DNA of 64,000 nt from Scenedesmus sp. PABB004 (Eukaryota). Positions 50,600-62,695 of this stretch are shown in pieces. The notes under the pieces are model-generated. The model did no database searches and was not told the origin of the DNA. It was given only the letters and a program-made list of their open reading frames with translations. Positions within the stretch are counted from its first letter, which is position 1. Every line of letters starts with the position of its first letter. Both the position numbers and the translations under genes were made by a program. Location: the NCBI GenBank assembly GCA_014905635.1, contig JABVCE010000012.1, positions 930,001 to 994,000 of the forward strand. Direction: 5' to 3'.

Positions 50600-52237
50600 G
50601 CTCGCGCGCCGCGCAGGCGCGCTGACGCCCTTCATCGCCGCGCTGCGCGCGCGGCTCACGCCGGCCCAGATCGGCGGCGTCATCTTCACCGCGATGGTGG
50701 TCCTGCCCTGCACGCTGTTCATCACCGTGCTGCCCTTTGTGTGGATCAGCGGCGCGATCTTCCCCTTCTGGGTTGCCTTTGGCATCATCATGGCCGGCAG
50801 CGCTGTCGGCATGAGCATTCAGTACTGGGCGGCCCGCTACTTCCTCCACGACCGGTGGGCGCGCCTGCGCCTGCTGCTGCTGCTGCTGCTGCTGCTGAGT
50901 CCGGTGGCTCCAAAGCCACGCCGGGGGCGCCGCCGCGCGGGGACGGGAGGGGAGGGAAGGGGAGCGCCCGCGCAGCGGCGGCGGCCCCGCGCGCCCCGAC
51001 GCCCGCACGCCCGCGCCCGCCGCGCAGCGTGCAGCGCTTCCTGGCGCGCCGCGAGAACCGACGGCACGGCCTGGGCGTCGTGCTGCGCGCGGTGGACCTG
51101 GCGGGGCCGCTCAAGGTCGTCGCGCTGCTGCGCCTCGGGCCGGCGCCGTACCCGTGGATCAACTACGCCATGGTGCGGCGCGGCTGCGCAGGGCGGCCGC
51201 CGGCGCGGAGCGCGCGCGGCCCTCCGCCGCCGGGCTGCGGCCGCGCCCGCGCCGCCGTCTCGCGGAACCGACCGCCCGCCCCGCCCTGCTGCCGCGCGCG
51301 GTGCGCGCCGTCCAGGGCGTCGCGCCGAGCATCAAGTACCCGCTCTACATCTCTGTCTCGTGGGTCTGCGAGCTCCTGCCGCGCGGGTGCGCGCCGCAGC
51401 CGCCGCACCGCCGGCGGCTGGCTGCGCCGGCCGCCGGGCGCGCCCGCGAGGCGCGACAAATGCGCGGCGCCGAGCGCGGCGCCGAGCGCCGCGCGCGCCA
51501 CCTCCGCCGCCGCCGCCGGCGCAGGCTGCAGGTGTTCTTCGGCCGGAGCCTGCAGACGCTGGCGGACATCTTCCGCGGCAAAGTCAACAACGGTGCGCAC
51601 ACACGCACACACACGCGCCGCGCGCACCTCGCTCCGTGCGCCGGACGGCCCGAGCTCGCGCGCGCGTGCGCCCCGGCTCACTCCCTGCTCCGCTGCGCCT
51701 CGCGCCCCGCCCTGCCCCGCCCTGCCCCGTCCCGCCCCGCCCCGCGGCGCGCCAGTTGGCGTTGCCGTGTACAACGTGGTTGTTCTGGTCATCGGCCTCC
51801 TGCTCGTCGCGCTGACCGTCGTGTGGTCCAAGCGCGTGCTGCGCGCGCTCGAGGCGGAGGAGCTCGCGCGCGAGGCCGCCGAGGCCGCCGCCGCCGCGCC
51901 CCCGGCCGACGCCGAGGCGGGCGAGGCAGGCGCGGCGGGCGCCGGCAAGGCGCTGCCGCTCGCGGTCGCTGGCAAGCTCGGCGCGGGCGGCGCCGCGGGC
52001 GCCAGCGCGCGCGCCGGCGACGCGGCGGCGCCGGCGGGCGACCTGGAGGTGCTGGTGGACGACGGCGCGAGCCGCTGCAGCGCCGCCGCGGCCGGCAGCG
52101 ACAGCTGGATCGCCGCCGGCGCCGACGAGCCCGCCAGCGCCACGCCGAGCCTGGCCGGCCGCCTGAGCAGCACCCTGTCGGTGTTGAGCATGCGCGAGCT
52201 GCTGGGCGGCAGGGGCCCCGCCTCTGCGCCGCGCTGA
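50045..52237 (+). CDS. TVP38/TMEM64 (VTT/DedA, SNARE-associated Golgi) membrane protein
   Basis: Several hydrophobic helices; [13 protein letters not shown]...[15 protein letters not shown] and [19 protein letters not shown] (VTT LRL.P motif). Confidence 0.85.
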
Positions 52238-52838
52238 GGCCGAGGGCGGGCTCGAACTCCACTTTGAGGGCTCGCGGCGCGTGCGCTCTCTCCAAGAGCG
52301 GAACTCGATTTTTGCCGCCGCCGCTGCGGCCGGGGTCGAACGAGTGCTGCCACTGTTGTGTATTATTCGATGTATTCACTCAGACTCGCCCGGTGTGAGA
52401 CGAACCCGGTCGTTGTATGTGCAGGGAGCGTGGAGCGGTCGGCGTCGGTGCGCGGCGCGCGTGCGCCCGGGCGAGCGGGTTTGCTGAGCTGGCAAGTGTG
52501 CCTGGGAGGGGTCTGGGAACGGAGAGCCTAACGCCTGGCAACCACACCGTGCCTCTGCGAGCCCGGACCGAGAGCGACGCGGCGGCGGCTTTGCGCCGGG
52601 GCCTGCGTCAGCTGCGGCGGCGCTTCGCGGCGCCGGCGCCGACGCGTGCACCGCCGCCCTCACGATTGCCGCCACACAGCCCGGGTGCGCCCGCCAACCC
52701 TCGCGTCGCCCGCCGCTGGCAGCGAAGCATCACAACCATCACGCGCCCCTGTCGTCTCGCGCCGTGCCCGTGCGCCCACGCCGCCCCTCCCCGATGGAGA
52801 GCGCAAGCTGAGGGCCAAGTTTGACCGCGAGCGGCGCC

Positions 52839-55835
52839 ATGTCTGGCGAGGAGGAGGAGGCAGAGGTGCGGCAGCAGTCGGCTCTGCACGCGCAGGCGCC
52901 CGCGCGCCCCCGCGCCCGCTGCGCGCGGGTGAACGTTGCCCTCTCACGCCATGCGCGTCCGCGCAGGAGGTCCTGTCGCTGGGCACGTCGCAGGAGGACG
53001 ACGGCGGCGACGGCGGCGATGAGTCCGCCTCGGGCCACGCGGTGCGGCGGCGGGCTGCAGGGCGTCGGTGGAGCCGCGCACGGCGACGCCCGCGGCAGCA
53101 GCGCCTGCGGTCGGCGGTCGGCGGCGGTTGGCGGCGGCAACGGCGCGATCGCGCTGCGCGTCAAGCAGCGGCGGTCGGGCCTGCTGCCAGAGGGTGCACT
53201 GCGCGGCGCGCCCGGCGCGCCAAGCGCGCGCTCACCGCCCACGCCGCCGCCGCAGGGCGAGGAGGAGGCGCGCGCGGCTGAGGACAGCGGCGGCGAGCAT
53301 GGGCCGGCAGGGGCACGCCGCGCGCCTGACGAGCACGCGGGGCGGCCAGCGAATGGCTCCGACGGCGAGAGGCGGGGCCAACGCGGGGAGCGGCCGCAGC
53401 ACCACCCCGACGGCTTCGCGCAGCGGCCGCAGCAGGGGCCCGGCGGGCAGGGCACGTGGCAGCGGCAGCACCCGCCCGGCGCTGGGCCCGGCGGCGGCAT
53501 GGGCCCGCACGGCGATGCCCGGGGGGCCCGGGGCAGCCGGCGGCCGGACGGCCGCGGCGGCGCGGGCGTCCGCGGCATGGGCGGGGACATGCGCGGCGGC
53601 ATGGGCGCCGGCGGCGGCATGGGCCCCGGCGGCATGGGCCCTGGCGGCATGGGCGGCCCCGGCGGCATGGCTGGGATGGGGCTGCAGCAGCAGCCCCACG
53701 CGGCCATGCAGCACCTGCTGATGCAGCAGCAGGCGATGCTGCAGCAGCAGCCGTGGGCGGGCGCGGCGGGGCAGCAGCTCGCGGCGCAGCAGGGCCCGCC
53801 GGGGCGCCGCGGCCGGGGCGGCCGGGACGCCTTTGCGGAGCAGCAGCATTGGCTGCAGCAGCAGCAACAGCAGCAGCAGATGCTGCAGATGCAGCAGCAG
53901 ATGCAGATGCAGCAGCTGGCGCCGCAGGAGCGCTGGCAGGAACCGCAGTGGCAGGCCGCGGCGGCGGCGGGCGGCTGGCCGGGCCCGGGCGCGGGCGCAG
54001 CGTTTCCGCGCGCCGACCACCCGGCGCCCTTTGCGGCAGGGGGCGCGCCGGCGTTTGGCGCCGCGGGCGGGCTGCCACCGCCGCCGGTCGGCGGGCCGGG
54101 CCAGGCTGCCTTTTACGGCGACGACGACGAGGAGTGGGGCCTGCTGAGCGCGCAGGACGCCGGTGGCCCCGGCCCGGGCCTCGGCCCGGGCCCAGGGCCG
54201 CCCGGCGGTGCGGGCGGCCACCACGCGCCGGGCGGGCCGCCCGGGCGCGGCGCCGGCAGGCGCGGCGCCGCGGCCGCGCCGGGCGGGCCGGCCCCCGTGA
54301 GGCTGGGCAGCAACAAGTGGGTCCGGCCGGGACTGCAGTCGCAGCTCAGCGGCGGCGGCAAGCCCACACCGGCCAAGGCCGCGCCCGGCGAGGGCGAGGC
54401 GGCGGCGCCGGCCGCCGAGGGCGCGGCCGCCGCCGCCGAGGGCGCCGCGCCGGCGGAGGGCGAGGCCGCCGCGGCGGCAGCGGCCGAGGACGCGGCGCCG
54501 CCGGGCGACGGCGCGGCCGACGGCGGCGAGGCGCCGGCGCCTGCGACGGCCGCCGCCGCCCCTGGCGAGCAGGAGCCCGCCGCGATCACGCGCGCGCCCT
54601 CGGGCGGCCAGCCCACGCCCCGCGCCAGGTCGGCCGCCGGCGGCGGCGGCGCCGCCGCCGCGCCCGGCGCGCCGCGGGCGCGGCCCGCGCCCACGCCCGA
54701 CGCTGCGGCCAAGGCCAAGCTGCTGGAGACGCAGCGGGAGGCGATTGAGCAGGTCAAGCGAATGATCGAGCTCATGGAGGCAAAGAAGCAGCGCAAGGGC
54801 GGCGCGCAGGCCGCCGCCAAGAAGGGCGGCGGCGGCCCGGGCGGCGGCGGCAGCGCGGGCGGCAGCGCGCGCGGCAGCCCCGCGCCCGGCGGCGCTGCGC
54901 AGGCGGCCGGCAACGGCGCGGCGGGCCCCGCCGGGGACGCGCCGGGCGGCCGCGCGGCGAAGCGGCCGCGCGAGGGCTCGGCCGGCGGCGGCGGCAACGA
55001 GGCAGGGAGCGGTGGCCACGCGCCAGCGGCAGGCTCCGGCGGCCAGCAGGCGCCGCGCCAGGAGGCTGCCGCGTCGCCGAGGGCGGCGGCCGCTGCTCGG
55101 CGGGGGCCGCTGCAGGTCGCTGTTGCGGCGGCGGGCGCGGCCGCGGCCTCGGTGCGGGCACGGGGCTCGGGCGGCGGCAGCGGCGACGGCGCCGCCCCCG
55201 GACGCCCCAAGCTGCGCAGCGTCGTCACGGCGGCGAGCACGCCGTCCCCGGCGGCGGCGGCGGCAAACGGCAGCGCCGCCGCGGCAACGGACGGCGCGAC
55301 GCCCGCGCCCGTGCGCAGGCCGGCGAGTGCGGGGCCGCCGCCTGCGACGCCGCCTGACTTTGAGCAGCTGCTGCAGCCCGAGCTTGACGGCGACTGGCTC
55401 GAGCCAGCTGCCGGCACGCCAGCGCGGCACGGCAGCCTGCAGCGCAACGGCTCCGCCGGCGGCGGCCCGGCCGACGGCGAGCGCCCGTGCGGCGGCGACG
55501 CCAGGCGGCGGGGCAGCGGCGAGCTGCGGGCGGAGCGCCGGGACTCGGGCCACCGCAGCGCGCACGGCGGCAGCCCCGCCCGGCGGGCGCGCTCTTCGGA
55601 GCGCGGTGCCAGCCGGGAGGGGCGCAGGAGCGGCAGCCGGCGCAGCCGGAGCAGCAGCCGCAGCCGCAGCCGCAGCCGCAGCCGCGACGGCGGCGAGCGA
55701 CGGCGGCGCAGCCGAAGCCGGAGCCGGAGCCGGAGCCGGCGCGCGAGCAAGCACAAGCACAGCCACAAGCGCCGGCGCAGCCGCAGCCGCAGCGGCGGCA
55801 GGAGGCACCGGCGGCGCAGCAGCAGCAGGGGCTGA
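52839..55835 (+). CDS. low-complexity G/Q/A-rich protein with C-terminal RS domain
   Basis: Two short 5' exons (MSGEEEEAE / EVLSLGTSQEDD) and a long exon with GM repeats, poly-Q, LGSNKWVRPG, a coiled coil and an RSRSRSRS/KHKH tail. Confidence 0.7.
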   Translation: MSGEEEEAEVRQQSALHAQAPARPRARCARVNVALSRHARPRRRSCRWARRRRTTAATAAMSPPRATRCGGGLQGVGGAAHGDARGSSACGRRSAAVGGGNGAIALRVKQRRSGLLPEGALRGAPGAPSARSPPTPPPQGEEEARAAEDSGGEHGPAGARRAPDEHAGRPANGSDGERRGQRGERPQHHPDGFAQRPQQGPGGQGTWQRQHPPGAGPGGGMGPHGDARGARGSRRPDGRGGAGVRGMGGDMRGGMGAGGGMGPGGMGPGGMGGPGGMAGMGLQQQPHAAMQHLLMQQQAMLQQQPWAGAAGQQLAAQQGPPGRRGRGGRDAFAEQQHWLQQQQQQQQMLQMQQQMQMQQLAPQERWQEPQWQAAAAAGGWPGPGAGAAFPRADHPAPFAAGGAPAFGAAGGLPPPPVGGPGQAAFYGDDDEEWGLLSAQDAGGPGPGLGPGPGPPGGAGGHHAPGGPPGRGAGRRGAAAAPGGPAPVRLGSNKWVRPGLQSQLSGGGKPTPAKAAPGEGEAAAPAAEGAAAAAEGAAPAEGEAAAAAAAEDAAPPGDGAADGGEAPAPATAAAAPGEQEPAAITRAPSGGQPTPRARSAAGGGGAAAAPGAPRARPAPTPDAAAKAKLLETQREAIEQVKRMIELMEAKKQRKGGAQAAAKKGGGGPGGGGSAGGSARGSPAPGGAAQAAGNGAAGPAGDAPGGRAAKRPREGSAGGGGNEAGSGGHAPAAGSGGQQAPRQEAAASPRAAAAARRGPLQVAVAAAGAAAASVRARGSGGGSGDGAAPGRPKLRSVVTAASTPSPAAAAANGSAAAATDGATPAPVRRPASAGPPPATPPDFEQLLQPELDGDWLEPAAGTPARHGSLQRNGSAGGGPADGERPCGGDARRRGSGELRAERRDSGHRSAHGGSPARRARSSERGASREGRRSGSRRSRSSSRSRSRSRSRDGGERRRRSRSRSRSRSRRASKHKHSHKRRRSRSRSGGRRHRRRSSSRG

Positions 55836-56029
55836 TGCAGCGGCCCTTCGAGCGGCGGCTGTGCGAGGCGAGCTGCCGCGGCTGTGCTGTGCGGCGGCGG
55901 CTCAGCGCGCTGGCAGCTTGGGGTCGGCCGCGCGGTGGTGCAAATGCCGCGTCACATGTTCCAGTTTGCTCAAACAAACAAACGATCAAAACAACCCAAA
56001 GTCACAACGTCGCCAGCACGCGCGCCTGC

Positions 56030-59000
56030 TCAGCGCACCCCTGCCTCGCGCAGCCGGCGCTGCACCTCCGCCGCCTCGTCCAGCAGCGGCTGCAGCGACT
56101 GGCGGCCCAGCAGCATCGCGGGCGAGAGGTAGAGCCGCGCGAGCTCGTCCTGCCGGCAGCGGCGGCGGCGACGGCGGCGGCGGTCTCGCCGCGCGCCCCG
56201 CGCGCCGCGGCCCTGCAAGCCCCCCCCCCCGGCGCCGCGCGCGCGCCGCTTGCCCCCGCACCTCGTCGACCGCCCCCTGCGCCTGGCTGGGCAGCCCCGC
56301 CGCGGCGGGCGCGTCGCCGCCGCCGCCGCCGGCGGCGCCGGCGGCGGCGCCGTCGCTGCCGCTGCGCGCCGCGTGCTGCGAGACGAACGCGTCCATCGCC
56401 GCGGCCTCGCGGCTCGACGGCAGCGTGAGCGGCCGCTCCAGCAGGCGCCCCGCCTGCGGGCGGCGGCGGCGGCGCCGCGGTTCGCGCGCCGGCCCGGCTG
56501 CCCGCGCCGCGGCCGGCGCGCGCGCCGCGCACGCCGCGCCGACGCCGCCGCTCCGCCGCGCGCGGCGCGGCGGCGGTGGCGCACCAGGACGTGGAACGCG
56601 AGCACCGCGACCGCGAGCGGCAGCAGGAGCAGCGCGGCCTCAAACTTTTTGATGCCCAGCAGGCAGCCCATCACCGCAACAAAGAAGTACACCCCCACCA
56701 GCACCTGCGGCGCGCCGCGGCGCGGAGCGGTGCGCGCTTGGCTCGACGCGCGCCGCCGCGCCGCGCAGCCCCCCCCCCCCCCACACACACACGCACACGC
56801 GTACGCGCACGCATGCACACGCGCGCGGTCACACGCCCACCTGCGTGAAGACCTGGCGCCAGAGCGTGCCGGCGCCCTCGTAGGGGTGGCGGTAGACGTA
56901 GAGCCACTGGTAGCGCGTTATGACGCTCGCGACCGAAAAGTAGAGCAGCGTCACGGGCGCGATGAGCGGGCTGGCGACGCAGAAGACCTGCGGGCGGCGG
57001 CGGCGCGGCGGGCGCGGCGGCGGCGGAGCCGGTGCGAGGGCGGGGGCATGTGCGTGTGGGTGTGTGAGGTGTGCGAGGGCGGCGATAGGGGGCGCACAAC
57101 GTCAGGGGGGGGGGGATGAGAGCGCGGGCGCACCAGGCCGAGCAGCAGCACGAGCGTGTGCAGCGGCAGCGACACGCCGAGCCACTGCAGCTGCGACGCC
57201 CACGCGCGCCGCGCCGCGCGCGGGCTGTCGGCGAGCTGGCGGCGCAGCAGGAACACGCCGAGCGCGGGCAGGCGCAGCAGCTCCAGCGGGGCGCGCGTGA
57301 GGCCCTGCGGGCGCGCGCGGCGCGGGCGCGAGTCAGCTCCGGCGGCGGCGGCGCGGCGGTGCGGCGGCGGCGGCGGCGTGCGCGCACGCGTGCGCCGGGC
57401 GTGCGCGGGCGCTCAAGGTCCCCCGGCCACGGGCGCCAGCGCGGGCCGCCTCCCTAGGGACCCTAAACCCTAGAACCTGTGCCCTAAACCCTTAACCCTG
57501 AACCGCGCGGGGCGCAGTTCCCCCCTGCGCACCAGGAGGAGGATGTAGGTCGAAAAGAAGCTCGCCTGCTGCGGCGCGCTCACGCCGAGCAGCGCGACGA
57601 GGCGGTGCGGGTCGTCCAGCAGCGCCTGCAGCTGGCTCAGCGCCGTGCCGCTCACAAAGCTGGCGGACGCAGGTGCGGGTGCGGACGGCGCGGCGGGGTG
57701 GGGCGGGGGCGCGCGGGGGCAGGACGCGGCGGCGCAGCTCGCGGGCCGAGCGCGCGCCGCGCCGCCCACGCTGGCCGCCCCTCACCTGAATATGAACACC
57801 TGCCAGGCGGGCGGGCGGCGGCGGGCGGCAGCTCAGCGGCAGCTCAGCGGCGGTGCGTGGCGCGGCGCGTGCGAGCGCACGTGGCACGGCGCGGCGGCGC
57901 GGCGGCGCGGCGGGTCACCACGAAGAGCAGGACGACGTAGTGCATGCCGATGAGCGTGGCGTCCGCGGCGGCGAGCCCCGTCGCGCCGCTGCGCCGGATG
58001 AGCCAGTGCAGCACGGTGGGCAGCAGGGCGAGGAACACGAGCAGCGCGAGCGACGGCAGGAAGCCCTGGAGCAGGTTGGACACGACCGGCAGCTCCAGCA
58101 GCGGCGCGAGGAACGTGATCTGCGCCGCGGCGCCGCGGCGGCGCGCGGGCGGCGCGCGGGCGGCGACGTGACGCGGGGCGACGTGGTCGGCGGCCGCGCG
58201 CGCCTCGCGGGGCGCGCCGCGCGCGCCGGCGGCGCGCCCTGGCCCTGCCCGCGGCGGCCGGCGCCCGCCGCGCGCCCGCCGCGCGCCCTGGGCCCCACGC
58301 GCCTTGCGCAGGTTGTCCATGTTGACCGGCGCCTGCACGAGCGCGACGACAGGCGCGTAGAACAGCACGAGCGCGGTGAACGCAGCGTACACGCACAGCC
58401 AGCGCAGCGACACCTCCCATGCGCGCAGCCCGAGCGCGGGCCACACGAGCTCGCGCGGCGCCGGCGCGGGCGCGATCGCCCACGCGGTCTCGTCGTACGA
58501 GTGCAGCGACGCGGCCGCGAGCGTCGCGACGAGCTGGCTCCTGCGGCGCGGCGGCGGGCGTTTGCCGCGGCGGCGGCGCGGCCGTTCAGGCGCCGGCGTG
58601 CGGGCGGCGCGCAGCGGCGTTCAGCGCCGCGCGGCGGGGCCGCGAGCTCGGCGGCGCGCCTGAAGGTCACGATCGCGGCGGGGCGTGGCAGCGTGTCGCG
58701 CGCGACCGCCTGCAGCGCGAGGACCTCGTCCAGCTTCACGGTCAGCGCCGCGGGGTAAAACTCCAGCGGGTCGACCTGGCGCGCGCGTGTGGTGCGCGCG
58801 GTGCGCGTGTGGTGCGTGCGCGGCGAGGCTGCTCGGCGGGGGCGCGCCGTGAGGCCCGCGCGGCGGGCGGGGCCGGGGCCGGGCGCGGCCGCGGCCGCGG
58901 CGGCGCGCCGCGCACCATGCGGGGCGCGACGCCGTAGCGCTCGACCGCCCACGCGCCCCAGCGCGGCGGCACGACCAGCACCTGCGGCGCGGCGGTCCCC

Positions 59001-61224
59001 GGGGCCGGGTCGGCCGCGGTGCCTGGGCGGGCGGCGGTGCGCGCGCGAGCGCGCTGCGCGCGCGAGCGCACCGTCTTGCGCTGGAGCCGCGCGCGCCGCT
59101 TGGCGGCGCCGCCCTTGACCCAGCCGGGCGCGCCGAGCAGCGGCGCGTCGACAGCCGGCGCGGCGCTGGCGCCGAGCTCCCGCCCCGCCTGCGCCTGCTC
59201 GCCGAGCGGCGGCAGGCGGCAGGCGTACCAGTCCAGTACGTCCCCAAAGGCCTCGACCAGCGCGTTGAACGCCGCCGCCGCGGCGTCGAGGGCGCTCGTC
59301 TCGATGACCAGCGCCACGGCCGCCACGCTGCCCGCGCCGTACACTCGCTGCATCTCCTGCAGCACCAGCGCCTGGCGCGCAGAGGCGGCGGCGGCGGCGG
59401 CAGCGGCGGCGGCGGGGAGGGGTCGTGCCCGCCCGCCCGGAGGCGGCAGCCGCGGGGGAGGGCGCGCGCGCCCCGCGCCGCACACACACACACGCACACA
59501 CCTTGACGTCGCCGCCGCTGGCCTGCAGCGCGTCCAGCGCCTCCGCCCACACGTCCCGCACGACCGGCGGGCCCGCCGGCGCGGCGCCGGCGCCGTCGGC
59601 CGCGACCTCCAGCGCCCGCTCGGACGGCTCCGCGGCGGCCGCGCGCCGCGCGGCCGCGCCGAGCAGCGGCTCGCGCTGGCCCTGCGCGCTGCGCCCCGCC
59701 CGGCTGGGCGGCCGGCTGCGCAGGGGGTGATACCCGCGGCGGAAGAGGACCGGCGGCAGCAGCCACTTGACCCACGACAGGTTGAGCTGCGCGCGCGGCG
59801 GCGGCGGCGCGCAGGGGCGGCGGCGGCGCGTCGGCGGCGGCGGGGCGAGCCGGCCGCAGGCGCAGCAACGCCTAGCGCGCCGGCAGCCCCGTGGCGGCAG
59901 CGCGGCGGCTCACCCGCGCGAGGGGCGTGCCCCACTCCAGCCCCGGCACGTCCGACACGAGCACGCTGCGGCCGGGCCCGCCGCCCTGCGCCGCGAGGAA
60001 CGCGGCGCGTTTGAACGCGACGTCGCGGCTCAGCCCCCAGAGCAGCTGCGGGCGCGGCGGAGCGGCGGCGGCGGCGGCGCGTTGCAGCGCGGCACGCGGT
60101 GGCGGCGCGTCGTGGCACGGCGTGCAGCGCGCGTGCGGCGGCAGCGCGCGCGGCGCGCGCGCGCGCGGCGGCGGCGGCAGCGGCGGCGGCAGCGTCGGCG
60201 GCGCGTCGCACGCGCAGCGTGACGAGGACGATGAGGTACGTGGACGCGAGGTGGGCCCACATCTTGTCGCTGCCGGGCGGGACGTTGCCGAGCGTGGTGA
60301 GGTCGAGGTTGGTGGAGATGATGCCGCTGAAGTTGGTCGGCAGCGGCAGGCCCCCAGACAGCAGCGGGAGGCCGGCGCCGGGGCCGAGCTCGCCGCCGAG
60401 GCCGGGCGGCGGCGGGCCGCGCGGCGGGCTGCGGTGGCGCTCGAGGTAGCCGCCCTGCGAGGGGGCGGCGCGGTGGGCGCGGGGCGCGTCGGCCGCGCCG
60501 CGCCGCCGCGCCCGCCGCTGGCTGGCCGCGGGTGCCGGCGCGCGGCGCCGCGCGCCCGCCGGGCGCTGCTGCTGCTGCTGCGTCGTGCTCACGCTGAGGT
60601 TGATGGGCATGATCACCAGCAGGCACCAGATGCTCACAAAGGAGAAGAGCCGCACGCCTGCAGGTGTGTGTGTGGGGGGCCCGCGGCGGCGACGGTTGGC
60701 TCTTCCCGCGCGCTCGGCGCGGCGCCCGCCGCAGCGCGTCGAGCGAGCGGCGCCGCCGGCGGCGCCGTCGCGGCCGCCTCGCCCGCTCCGCCCGCCCGCC
60801 CCGCCGCCAGCGCAGAGGCCCCGCGCGCGCACCCAGGTGGAGGAGGCGGAAGTAGACCATGACATCGAGGCCGCAGAGGTCAATCACAGCGGCCTCGTCG
60901 TAGCGCCACACCGGCGCGACCCAGCTCAGCAGCCCCGCCGGCAGCTTGGCCGGCACGCGCGCCGGCGCCGCGCCGGCGGGGTCGTCGGCGCCGGCAAAGC
61001 TGCGCGCGGGCGCGCGCGGCGCGGCGGCGGCGCCGCCGGCGGCGTCGGCGCGCGGGTTGGCGGGGTGGAGCCCGCCAGCGGGCGCCGCGCGCGCACCGCT
61101 TGGGCTTGTAGAATCGAGCAGTCACGTGCCAGTTGCGCAGCAGGGCGAACGCGGAGAAGCAGGCGAAGCCGATGCCGCCGTTGACGCAGAGCGAAGCCAC
61201 AAACGCGCCCGCCGTCACCGGCAT
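56030..61224 (-). CDS. CSC1: CSC1/OSCA/TMEM63 (ERD4-like) stress-gated cation channel
   Basis: ARFYKPK, LLSWVAPVW...CGLDVMVYFR, LDLTTLGNVPPGSDKMWAHL, SVLVSDVP, AAIVTFR, PAPAPRELVWP, QGFLPSL, APQQASFFSTYIL, YEGAGTLW. Confidence 0.92.
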
Positions 61225-61478
61225 GGCTCACGCTGCGGCGGCGCGCGGCGCCGCGTGCTGCGCGTGCCCTGGCGGTCGGCGGCGGCGCCCTGACGGCGGA
61301 GCCCTGGAGCCCGGCGGCGGCGCTCAGGGCGTCACCATCGCGGCTGCGGCGGGCGGCGCCGGGTGAGGCAGGGCGGCAGCGGCAGCGGCGGCAGCGACGG
61401 CAAAAGCCCTTGCGCGGGGCGACGCGGCCTGGCGCGGCCCCAGGAGCAGCGCTGGAACGCGGTTGCGGTGTGGCGCGC

Positions 61479-61647
61479 CGCCCGCGCGCCCAGCGGGTCG
61501 CAGGGATCGGCGGCGGCGGCGGCAGCGGCAGCAGCGGCGCGCCGCGAGCGCCCTCACCGGCCGCCTCACGATCCTGGCCGGCCTCGCGCGGCCACGGTGC
61601 GGTTTCCGGCCTCCCGCCAGGCAGCGGGGCGGGGCCGCAGGGGCGCT

Positions 61648-61686
<39 letters not shown>

Positions 61687-61938
61687 GACGCTCGGCACCG
61701 GCGCGCGGCGCTGCGCGTGCGTGGCGCGCGCGGGGGGGGGGGGGGGTCGCGGGAGCTGCGTGCCTGGCGATCTGCGTGCCTGGCGGGCTGGGGCCCTGGT
61801 GTGGGGGCCCGCGTGGCGCCGGCGCGCGAGCGAGCGCCGCTGCTGAGCCCTGGACCGCGGGGCGACGCGCGGGCGGGCGGCGGCCGCCGTCACACGCAGG
61901 TGGCGCCGCCGCTCAGCGCGCCCGCGCGGCAGGCGCCG
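61479..61938. repeat. dispersed repeat copy B (inverted copy of 37234-37678)
   Basis: Reverse complement is colinear with copy A, with small indels and a longer G run and GGC run. Confidence 0.95.
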
Positions 61939-62109
61939 CGCCAGCACGCGGTGCACACGCGGCTCGTGCAAAACTCATTTATTGACAGCAATGTGCACTT
62001 GCTGTCAATAAATGAGTGTCGCACGAGCCGCGTGTGCACCGACAGCAATGTGCACTTGCTGTCAATAAATGAGTGTCGCACGAGCCGCGTGTGCACCGCG
62101 TGCTGGCGC
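61938..62109. repeat. AT-rich-core foldback palindrome with exact 57-bp tandem duplication (miRNA-precursor or MITE candidate)
   Basis: Left arm GCGCCAGCACGCGGTGCACACGCGGCTCGTGC-AAA-ACTCATTTATTGACAGCAA, loop TGTGCAC, right arm TTGCTGTCAATAAATGAGT-GTC-GCACGAGCCGCGTGTGCACCG(CGTGCTGGCGC). 61984-62040 is identical to 62041-62097. Confidence 0.9.
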
Positions 62110-62695
62110 CACCCGCCGCCCAAGGGCATGCCCGCGTTCGGCATGCGCGTGCCAGGCACGTGCACGAGGGTCAGCAGCACCTGCTGGCGGCGGCGTTCCA
62201 GCAGCAGCAGCAGCAGTAACGCGCGCTGCTGTACGGCCGCCGCCGTGGCGCAGCCGCAGCGCCGACGACGCCCCGCCTCCTCGCCCAAAGCCGCTTGCTT
62301 CCAAAGTCACACCCCCGGCCACACACCGGCCGCACAGTCTCTCGTGACCTTTTGACGCCGCTCCCGGCAACGCGGGGCCACGATGCTGCAGCCCACCAGC
62401 GGCCCGCCGCACCTGGAGCGTAGCGCTCCGCGAAGGGGTGTGGCGTGGTGCGGGAGTGCCGCCACCGCGGCGCCGGCGCGCGGCGAGGAGCCGCGGGCGC
62501 GCCGCGCCGCCGCCGCGCGGCGCGCTCGCCGAGCCGCCTGGCCGCCCGGGGGCCCCGCCAGGCCGCGCTCCTCCCACCGGGGGTGAACGCTCCTCCTTGC
62601 CCTCCGTCCGCAGGCGAGCCGGCGCTCGCCGGGGACTGGGGCGCGCGGTGCGCGCCGCAGCAGCAGGCGGCGCCCGCCGACGCGGCGCGGCTCAC

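Noticed and set aside
61984..62097. Direct repeats as a CRISPR array
   Set aside because: Only two abutting identical 57-bp units, no spacers, no cas genes, eukaryotic context.
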